Shown in pieces: positions 8,928 to 16,457 of a stretch of 18,899 nt of DNA. The translations under genes and the position numbers were made by a program. The notes under the pieces were generated by a model, which was not told where the DNA came from, did not search any database, and was given only the letters and a program-made list of their open reading frames with translations. Every line of letters starts with the position of its first letter. The first letter of the stretch is position 1. Origin of the DNA: Candidatus Hodarchaeota archaeon (GTDB lineage Archaea; Asgardarchaeota; Heimdallarchaeia; Hodarchaeales; Hodarchaeaceae); NCBI GenBank assembly GCA_016839785.1, contig JAEOTQ010000131.1, positions 1-18,899 on the forward strand, read 5' to 3'.

Positions 8928-9539
8928 TTATCTACTCCTATTTCCTAACGTTATTTCACTAATAGACTTGGTGATTCGTTCTCGGATTGCATCTTTATGC
9001 TCATCCGTCTGAAATACTTCTGCCTTATACATTGGTGGATAAAAATTCCGACTATGACGATCAAGTAATTTCTTGAACAAAACTTCTCCTTCTTTATCCA
9101 AATTATCAGTAACAGCAAAAGCTAATAGCGATGGATATCGTTCATATCTTTTAAGATGATGTGATTCCCCATCGACAATCATCACACCAGGTTGGAGTAA
9201 TCCCAACATTCGTTCAATGATTGCTTTTAACTCTGAAGAGTAGCCACCGAAGGTAAGAGGAGTTAAAAAAACAAGAACTTCATTTAGAATGACTTTTTCA
9301 ACTATATTATTGGCATCATCACCTTTTATTCCTGTGCAAATACCAGGTGTCGTGTCCTAGCATTTAAAGCAACCAGTAAAACTTTTAATATTGTATTTGT
9401 TTAGTATAAAAGTTTCTGTATTCCAATTTGCTTTTTCCAGTTCATTCTCAACGATTTTTTGAACCGTCGTTAATCCATTATGCCCTTTAAGATCCCCATT
9501 TAGTATTATAGCACCCATAGTATTCGTCACTTCTTGCAT
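8928..9539 (-). pseudogene. Iron-sulfur flavoprotein-like flavodoxin family gene interrupted by an in-frame TAG
   Basis: Track ORFs 9357..9539 and 8928..9209 are in one frame. Read-through gives ...KSFTGCFKC*DTTPGICTGIKGDDANNIVEKVILNEVLVFLTPLTFGGYSSELKAIIERMLGLLQP..., a continuous flavodoxin-family sequence with the stop at 9357-9359. Confidence 0.85.
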
Positions 9540-9547
9540 AATCTAAG

Positions 9548-10324
9548 TTATACGGTAAGAATTGCCATCAATATCATGAGGCCACCAGCTGTATTAAGTA
9601 AAATATGAACCAGCATACTAAATCGCATATCTTTTTTCCACCATACCAAATATCCCAAAGGTAATAGTGCAATGATTCGTATGGGGTTTTCCCATGGGGA
9701 GAAGAAGTGATACAGAGAAAAGAGAACCACATTAAGAGCAGGGGCCCACTTATTAGCGTAAGCGTCCATTCTTGGGAGTAAATAGCCACGGAAATACAAT
9801 TCTTCAACAAATGGGCCTATTATCCCATTACCTATTATATAAAGAACCATTAGAAAAAGAACCCCTGAATACGCAGCAAATACTTGGAGGTCATCTAGAT
9901 TCATCGCATTCTGCAAATTATATTCTTCAGGATACCACGAAAATAATGCCTTTACAATCTCTGGATTCACCACTGGAGCAATTAAGGTAAACATTACGAT
10001 TGAAAAGATAAGTAATATTGGTACGAAAATTAAATAATCTTTCAGTGTACTTTTTTCGAGATTTCCAAGTACCCCTTTCAGAGTATAGCGTCCATTCAAT
10101 TTTTTTCCTTCATAGAACAGGATTCCAAGTTGCACTGGAACCAAAGTAAAGAAAATTGCTAAATTGAGTCCAAGAATTACTTTTAGGTCTACATCGATTC
10201 CTAAGAATTCAGCAAAAACAGGAGCTGAGAACAGAAATAATCCTATGAATATAGGAATGCTAGGTAATAAATGAAGTAAGAGTGACTTACTCAACGAATG
10301 TTATTCAAATCTTTGTTCAGCCAT
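9548..10324 (-). CDS. Second CPBP intramembrane protease; in-frame TAA at codon 8 (possible pseudogene, or restart at TTG 10294)
   Basis: EELYFRG, FSLYH and HILLN motifs. In-frame ATG at 10324 gives MAEQRFE*HSLSKSLLLHLLP, which aligns with paralog 3458 (QVEQMAIPKSIVLHLFP). Confidence 0.85.
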
Positions 10325-10443
10325 ATCTATAACCTTAAAATGTTAAATATTCGTTAACTGTGTAAAAAAAACTAGGTGGCAAGGAATTCGAACATTGTAA
10401 TTTATAAGGTTTTGTACTTTTTACAATTGCTTCATTTAAATAA

Positions 10444-11163
10444 TCAGTGATCAACAGATAAGAGATCTAAGATATAGCTGAGGGGAAATTCTGTCTTGAT
10501 AGAAGACGTTCCATGCCATTTTGCACAACCTGAATAGAATAAAGGAACTGCGTGTGATGGAATGCCCACCTCCATAATGTAGGTATTCCCAAGAGCTAAT
10601 TCTGGTATGCAAGCGACCGCAATAAGCCCAAAATAGCCAAATTTCTTTCTTAAATTGTGGAAAACTCTGAGAAAATTAGGTTCTTTGAATCGGTTTCCCA
10701 TGGTGATAAAGACTTCGAAATCATGTTTATTACCTATTTCAGCTAATGTCCAGGCATTGAAACGTTTGTCTTGTGTTCCAACAATTTTATGCCATCCAAG
10801 TTTTGTACGTTTTACTTCTAAGAGATCGAAGTTCGGACCTGTCAAGCAGCGAGGCAAGACAATGATTTTTTTTCCTGTCATGTCAAATTCCACTCTCCAA
10901 AATTGATTTGATTGTTCGATAAGTAACATATACAGAATATACTGGAGCTTGCTGCTGTGAATCATCGGATTACTATAATTGATATTAAGTTCTTTATTCC
11001 TCAATGTAGTAGAGTAGTCGCTTAATTCTTCTAGAAATGGCTCAAGATGGGGAGTAACACTGGATTCGAGAGCATTTTCTGCCTTTGAAATACTTTGAAG
11101 GTAATTTTTCAAAGTATTGGATTCTATATCCTTTTTATTTAGCTTGTATGGAAAACTAGGCAT
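10444..11163 (-). CDS. DUF116-like protein
   Basis: IIVLPRCL, LIAVACIPEL and C-terminal P...VPL..SGC match my recollection of the DUF116 pattern (LPxCL...vAC..dL...GC). Confidence 0.65.
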   Translation of the reverse strand: MPSFPYKLNKKDIESNTLKNYLQSISKAENALESSVTPHLEPFLEELSDYSTTLRNKELNINYSNPMIHSSKLQYILYMLLIEQSNQFWRVEFDMTGKKIIVLPRCLTGPNFDLLEVKRTKLGWHKIVGTQDKRFNAWTLAEIGNKHDFEVFITMGNRFKEPNFLRVFHNLRKKFGYFGLIAVACIPELALGNTYIMEVGIPSHAVPLFYSGCAKWHGTSSIKTEFPLSYILDLLSVDH

Positions 11164-11301
11164 GAAATCACATGTAAAATTTAATTCATTGGATTTTCAA
11201 TCGCAGAGGTTGGCAGAAAGTCTTATAAGTCTATCTTCAGGTTCTAAAGTTTATTTCAATGTTCTGATTTTTTTTCAGATTTAATGGAGAAGTGATGCTT
11301 A

Positions 11302-11628
11302 ATGTTTTGTGACAATTGTGGAAATTCTGTGGATGATGATACAGCTTTCTGTCCTAAATGTGGCCAGAGCTTAGCACCAGAAAAAGTATCTCGTGATGTC
11401 CCTCCTCCGAGACGATCTTACCGGAGAAAGAAAAGTCAGGATAATCTTTGTTTTGGTGAAGAAAATGAGAATCCGTACAGTACAGGAATTTTTTTCCTTT
11501 TTGTAGCGGTTTTTTTTACAGTGATCTTTTTCTTTCCAGATGATTTTCCTGTAGAGGTGCTTGTGGTTTTGGGATTCTTACTGTTTGGAATATTGGCCAT
11601 CGTACAGGCAAAAAGGCAAGGTAGATAA
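11302..11628 (+). CDS. Zinc-ribbon membrane protein
   Basis: MFCDNCG...FCPKCG zinc ribbon, basic linker, LCFGEE, then two TM helices. Confidence 0.88.
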   Translation: MFCDNCGNSVDDDTAFCPKCGQSLAPEKVSRDVPPPRRSYRRKKSQDNLCFGEENENPYSTGIFFLFVAVFFTVIFFFPDDFPVEVLVVLGFLLFGILAIVQAKRQGR

Positions 11629-11634
11629 GGAGGT
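11628..11634 (+). promoter_or_regulatory. Shine-Dalgarno AGGAGGT for TTG start at 11642
   Basis: AGGAGGT lies 7 nt upstream of the in-frame TTG-AAT-TGT (M-N-C). Confidence 0.7.
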
Positions 11635-11641
11635 TCGATCA

Positions 11642-12127
11642 TTGAATTGTGAAAAATGTGGAAACGAGAATGAAAAAGATGCCCGTTTTTGTAGGCATTG
11701 TGGTGAAGCAATAACAGAGGTTGGGGTAGTAAAAGGTGAAAAAGGCGTTGTTGCTGATAGACGTCGAACAGAAGATGGTTTCCTCTGTTTTGGAGAGGAA
11801 GAGTGGTCTGATTCTAATTCGGCAATGGTTCTTGGAATTGTGTTTATCTCCGTTGCAGTTATAATGACTCTTGCTATGTTTAATTTTTTTGAAGGATTTG
11901 GAAATGCAGTTGGGAGCTTTTTCGGTGATTTCGGTGAAAACATGGGTCAAATTGGAAATGATATTGGGAACTTTTTTGGAAATTGGGGTGAAAATTTTGG
12001 TGAGTCTGTGAGAAGTTTCTTTGGCGGAGTAGAATGGTGGAATATACTTCAACCAATTATTGTATTGTTTTTCCTAGGGATCGGGGTATTTCTTCTTTAT
12101 AGAAGTTATCGAGAACAAAATCGATAA
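11642..12127 (+). CDS. Zinc-ribbon membrane protein with Gly/Phe/Asn-rich repeats, paralog of 11302..11628
   Basis: CEKCG...FCRHCG zinc ribbon, LCFGEE, TM helix, repeat segment, TM helix. Start moved from the track's 11561 to TTG 11642 based on the SD motif and alignment with the paralog. Confidence 0.85.
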   Translation: MNCEKCGNENEKDARFCRHCGEAITEVGVVKGEKGVVADRRRTEDGFLCFGEEEWSDSNSAMVLGIVFISVAVIMTLAMFNFFEGFGNAVGSFFGDFGENMGQIGNDIGNFFGNWGENFGESVRSFFGGVEWWNILQPIIVLFFLGIGVFLLYRSYREQNR

Positions 12128-12149
12128 TTCTTTTTTTTTCTCTTTTTTT
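12128..12149 (+). terminator. Oligo-T tract between convergent genes
   Basis: A nearly pure T run, interrupted only by three C residues, immediately after the stop at 12127. Confidence 0.55.
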
Positions 12150-13597
12150 CAAGGAATAAGTTTCTTTAATTGACCTACAACTCCCGCTCTCATATAATAC
12201 ATGTAAATTCTCCGTTTGTATTTATTTCGAGCAAGTACACCAGCAAATCGTCTTTTCCAGCTATCGAACACATGTCTATAGGCGAGATAGAGTTCTTCCT
12301 GTAATTCTTTTGCAGAAAGGAACTTCATATCACACACCCCATGAATCATATCATAATTTGTCCAATTGAAATCTACAATTCGTTTTTTTTCCAGAAGTTC
12401 CTGGTACATCGGGGTTCCAGGATAAGGAGTTAATAGCATAGAAATTATTAAATCTGGTTTGACTACATCGGTTGCCCATCTCATGGTTTCTTGGATGGAT
12501 TCACGGGTCTCATTTTCGTGTCCCAATACAAGCATCAATTGTGCTAAAATATTATTTTTCTTTAATAATCTGATAGCGTCTATTGTTTGACTACCTTCAA
12601 TTCCCTTCTGGTATACATCCAATACTTCAGTAAAAGGTGACTCTGCTCCGACTAATTGCCAGTAATTTCCTGCACGGTTCATACTGGCTAATCCTTCATT
12701 ACCTACATTCAGTATACTATCTACACGCATCTGTGCAAACCATTCACAATTCTCTCCATTAATCCCACGAGATTTCATTTCTTTACACAGGGCCTTTATT
12801 AATTTTGGCGACCCATTACAGAAGTTATCATCTGCAAACCAGAAGAAACGTCTTCCTAACTTGTCATACATCCATTCCATTTCATCAGCAATACGTTGGA
12901 CTGATTTAGTGGCAAAATGGCGGCGATAAAATACCTGCTGAGAGCAGAATGAGCAATCATGAGTACACCCACGAGCACCCTCGAGTATCACATAAGGATT
13001 ATTAGACATCATCGTAAAATGGTATTTCTCAAGGGGAACCATATGATATGCGGGATAAGGGAGAGCATCGAGTTCCTCTCCTGTAAGAGGAGGAAGATCT
13101 TCTGTTCGATAAAATTGTTTGTTTTGAATATACGATATTCCTTTTATTGACTTTAATCCTTCTTTTGTAAATCCATGTTGCTGTATGTACCTTAAAACAG
13201 TAACTAGAGCTTTTTCTCCTTCATAGCGTACGACCAGATCGATACTTGGGTATTGCTTGATAGAAAGTTCATCCATCATGGTAAAATGGGATCCTCCCGC
13301 AATAGTGACGATCTCTGGATTAATTCTCTTCACTAAATCCAGGATTCGTACAGTTTTGTAAACATTGCAGCTTGCATGACTACCAGAACCCACAATATCT
13401 GGTTTTTCTCGTTTTATAACTTCTTCTAATCCAAACCAGTCCAAATTCTCTGCTTGGGAATCGATCACCTTTACGGTAATATCTGGTAATTGTTGCTCTA
13501 TTACGGCTGCAAGAAGTAATAGATTATATGGAGGGGGAAGATATTCTCCCATTACAAACCAGAATTTTTTGGGGGGTTCTATCAGGAGGATTTTCAT
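12149..13597 (-). CDS. Cobalamin-binding (class B) radical SAM enzyme
   Basis: N-terminal B12-binding-like domain (KILLIEPP, PPYNLLLLAA, GGSHFT, VVRYEGE), RGCTHDCSFC (CxxxCxxC), FADDNF, GAES and TPYPGTP. Confidence 0.93.
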   Translation of the reverse strand: MKILLIEPPKKFWFVMGEYLPPPYNLLLLAAVIEQQLPDITVKVIDSQAENLDWFGLEEVIKREKPDIVGSGSHASCNVYKTVRILDLVKRINPEIVTIAGGSHFTMMDELSIKQYPSIDLVVRYEGEKALVTVLRYIQQHGFTKEGLKSIKGISYIQNKQFYRTEDLPPLTGEELDALPYPAYHMVPLEKYHFTMMSNNPYVILEGARGCTHDCSFCSQQVFYRRHFATKSVQRIADEMEWMYDKLGRRFFWFADDNFCNGSPKLIKALCKEMKSRGINGENCEWFAQMRVDSILNVGNEGLASMNRAGNYWQLVGAESPFTEVLDVYQKGIEGSQTIDAIRLLKKNNILAQLMLVLGHENETRESIQETMRWATDVVKPDLIISMLLTPYPGTPMYQELLEKKRIVDFNWTNYDMIHGVCDMKFLSAKELQEELYLAYRHVFDSWKRRFAGVLARNKYKRRIYMYYMRAGVVGQLKKLIP

Positions 13598-13661
13598 TAT
13601 GGCTCCCTATAATTAATGGATAGATATGAAAAGTTTTTGAAGCAATTTTGCAGGTAAAGAA

Positions 13662-14300
13662 ATGAGAAAAAATATGAGTATATTGATTAAATCCCCCTCT
13701 GAGGAAGTTAAAATATTAAGAGAAGGTAGTAAACAACGAGGGTTCTTCTTTGGAATAATGGGTGCATTGTTTCAAATTATCTTTGTGTGGGGATATTGGA
13801 GTTTTCTAGACGAAACTGGTCCTTGGGCAACGGTTTGGTTGACACTGGTTAATAGTGAATTCTTCCCTTTTACGTTTATTTTGTTTGTATTTGGAGCAGG
13901 GTGTATCCTAATTGCTTTACGTGAACTAGGTTGGAAAGAGTCTATTCTAATTACAAAAAGAATCTCACCTGATAGTGCAGGAATCCGAAAAGAAATACAG
14001 TTATTTCTCTGGTTACGAGCTACTCTTATCCTTAAAAATCAAATTGTAACCCTCCGTTTACACTCGATTCTACTAGATGAATTTGGGGTAAATAAATCTT
14101 ACCAGATAGAAATAGATTATCGAGAAGCCCAAGATTCCTCGGTAAAAACCCTTATTTTATATAAAGAACATGAGGATAAACTCTACGAGCCAGCATTAAG
14201 GCTAGTAAATAAAATCCATGAAATTCTGTCCTTGCCCGATGAAATTGAAAAAACCGAATCAGCTACGTTACAATTGAAAAAGAAAAAGAAAGAAAAGTGA
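13662..14300 (+). CDS. Hypothetical membrane protein (two TM helices plus soluble C-terminal domain)
   Basis: 212-aa ORF with two hydrophobic segments, a beta-rich-looking C-terminal part and a Lys-rich tail. Confidence 0.7.
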   Translation: MRKNMSILIKSPSEEVKILREGSKQRGFFFGIMGALFQIIFVWGYWSFLDETGPWATVWLTLVNSEFFPFTFILFVFGAGCILIALRELGWKESILITKRISPDSAGIRKEIQLFLWLRATLILKNQIVTLRLHSILLDEFGVNKSYQIEIDYREAQDSSVKTLILYKEHEDKLYEPALRLVNKIHEILSLPDEIEKTESATLQLKKKKKEK

Positions 14301-14316
14301 ATACTTCTAAAATGAA

Positions 14317-15792
14317 TTAGAAATATTCAGCGGGGTCACGCATACCTCGTCTTTTAACATCTTTCCGTGAAAGTGTCTTGAATTCATTTCTTAGTTCAGC
14401 AGGTAGCTTGCTTGGTTTTTTGAATCCTTCAATCGAATCTTTGGCATAGGAGTATATAAAAGTTCGAAATGCGACTTTCATGGGCATAGTAACCACATTA
14501 TAGGGAAGAGATCCTAAGAAAACAAACATTACTGCAAAAACTGTCCCGTAGATTATATCTCCAGTCGCTGCAACGCCTAGACTGAATCCAACTCCAAGCC
14601 ATAGTAAGGCGTTTACAATTGCAAAGATTAATGTCGTTAATCCAAAGCCAGTCTCACCAACAAGAACATCAACTAGTGCTCCCCAAGTAGTTTTGGCCGA
14701 ATCCTTGATTGAATCACTAAGACCTTTTTTATTCTGAACTATACTAACTAAGGTGAAATAGTTTAAAAACATCCAGATTGCGCCGAGAATGGATATCATG
14801 ATGGCTGCTAAAGCGGCGAAAATCAATCCACCAATGGCAGCTCCTGCATTACCTCTACCGCGGGAACTTGTAGTCTGTCCCCTTGTTGCACCAGTAAAAA
14901 TTTGCATTATAATTTTTACAGAGGCCATAGCAAATGCAAATTTGAGAATTACTGGAAATACTTGACGAACATCTTTCATCGCTGATCCTAAATCTGGATC
15001 TAATCCACGATACCAATCACTTGCATAAGAGATGACTCCAGCCGAGAGGCTATAATATACGCCTAGGTATACAATCAGATAGAAATACTCAAATATTATA
15101 GCCAGTATGAGTCCAGGATAGCTTAATTCAGCTTCACCCATTGCATTAGTAACTTCAAACAAGGAATATATTTCAAGAAATCCGAATAGCATGAAAAAAC
15201 CCGTAACAATAGAATATAGACCTAGTAAAAGGGGCATAGCAAGGACAGCCTTTTCATCAAGAACGAGTTGAGCAGAGAATTCGACAAATTTTCCACTCCG
15301 TTGAATTACTCGAAACTTCCAGATTACAAATGCTAAAAGCAAAAATCCAAAGCCAGCAATAAACATGCCCATCATCGAAGTCCCTATCTGATCTTCAGGC
15401 ATGAGAATTCCCCCGCCAATCATTAGGACACCAATGGTCATCATCAGGACTGGAAATAGAACGGATACGAATATTGTGACCTGTTTAGCTACCTTGCTCA
15501 TAATCCATAGTATCATATATGCAAGAATTAAGGTTAGAACTAAGAAGACAACAATAAACACAATGAGGAGAGGCAGAAAGTCTAAAGAAAGTGGTACTAA
15601 AATCTGAAACGCTTCAGACAGTTGATTCAATATCGTATCGTTTTCAGGATCGCTAATAAAACGGTTAATAAAACTAAAGAAGGAGACAGCTCCAAAAGCA
15701 TACAAGGCAACAGCAACTAGCAAATATAACCAAGTGGGAGTATTAGAAAAGTTGGTTTTAATATTCGGTTTTTTATAATTTGATACACTCAT
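14317..15792 (-). CDS. Multi-pass membrane protein, possibly CTL/SLC44/Pns1-like or DUF6159-like
   Basis: About 10 TM segments with motifs IQRSGKFVEFSAQLVLDEKAVLAMP, AGVISYASDWY and NYFTLVSIVQNKKGLSDSIKDSAKTTWG. The CDS is secure; the family call is tentative. Confidence 0.8.
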   Translation of the reverse strand: MSVSNYKKPNIKTNFSNTPTWLYLLVAVALYAFGAVSFFSFINRFISDPENDTILNQLSEAFQILVPLSLDFLPLLIVFIVVFLVLTLILAYMILWIMSKVAKQVTIFVSVLFPVLMMTIGVLMIGGGILMPEDQIGTSMMGMFIAGFGFLLLAFVIWKFRVIQRSGKFVEFSAQLVLDEKAVLAMPLLLGLYSIVTGFFMLFGFLEIYSLFEVTNAMGEAELSYPGLILAIIFEYFYLIVYLGVYYSLSAGVISYASDWYRGLDPDLGSAMKDVRQVFPVILKFAFAMASVKIIMQIFTGATRGQTTSSRGRGNAGAAIGGLIFAALAAIMISILGAIWMFLNYFTLVSIVQNKKGLSDSIKDSAKTTWGALVDVLVGETGFGLTTLIFAIVNALLWLGVGFSLGVAATGDIIYGTVFAVMFVFLGSLPYNVVTMPMKVAFRTFIYSYAKDSIEGFKKPSKLPAELRNEFKTLSRKDVKRRGMRDPAEYF

Positions 15793-15896
15793 TTTTATTC
15801 ACTATACAATTTTATTTTAGCACGAAATTATATGAAAATCAATAGATTTCAGTGTTTTTAAAAAATTAATACAAGTCACCATATACCCCTCCTTAG

Positions 15897-15904
15897 TTAT
15901 ATAA
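15897..15904 (-). promoter_or_regulatory. Candidate archaeal TATA box (TTATATAA) with purine-rich upstream BRE-like segment
   Basis: Minus strand reads gagagaataaacTTATATAActaag, about 105 nt upstream of ATG 15792. The AT-rich background weakens the call. Confidence 0.3.
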
Positions 15905-16033
15905 GTTTATTCTCTCCCCTAATCCGACTTTGGGAACCACTTCGCATTTCACTAGAATAAAAGATGTTAAATGAAATGTGAAATATAGAGGGAAGAGGGT
16001 AATGAACGATACGTGTCTAAGCTATGTGCACGG

Positions 16034-16273
16034 CTATTTACTAACGATAACCATGGTTAGAGTTGATCTAACGCCTTTTGCTTGACGGATTTGATTTATG
16101 ACCATATCTTTCAAATTCTTCATAGTATCGGATGAAACCTTGCATACTAGATCGTATACACCATAAACCACATAAGCTTCATCAACTTTAATGTCTTCTT
16201 TTAAGAATCTGAGGACTTCTTCTTCTTCCCCGATTTCGGCATTGATCATTACGAACGCTGTTGGACGACTCAT
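16034..16273 (-). CDS. Stand-alone Lrp/AsnC ligand-binding (RAM) domain protein
   Basis: 79 aa: AFVMINAEIG...EAYVVYGVYDLVCKV...IRQAKGVRSTLTM, with no HTH domain. Confidence 0.9.
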   Translation of the reverse strand: MSRPTAFVMINAEIGEEEEVLRFLKEDIKVDEAYVVYGVYDLVCKVSSDTMKNLKDMVINQIRQAKGVRSTLTMVIVSK

Positions 16274-16457
16274 CTTATGTCAACTCTTATTTTGTATGAC
16301 AACCAAGAAAATATCTTTCTTTTGTCTGTTTTGATTACAAACGATCATAATAAACTATGGGATTAAAAAATGTTTGTGTGCCTCTTTTTTTTCCTCCTAT
16401 AATAATAAAAAGGGAAGAAACGCTACGTTATGTAAAAGAATATCAGTCTATTTTTAA

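Noticed and set aside
9357-10303. Alternative genetic code or stop-codon reassignment explaining the internal TAG and TAA
   Set aside because: TAA, TAG and TGA all end intact genes in this window (e.g. TAA 1244, TAG 4612, TGA 4237). The two internal stops are different codons, each one transition from the expected residue.
11561-11641. Track N-terminal extension of the second zinc-ribbon gene
   Set aside because: It overlaps the upstream gene. The SD motif and paralog alignment support TTG 11642.
9574-15607. Track ORFs 9574..9810, 9772..9990, 10655..10906, 11436..11711, 11578..11943, 11639..12052, 12959..13150, 15401..15607
   Set aside because: Alternate-frame or antisense shadows of well-supported genes.
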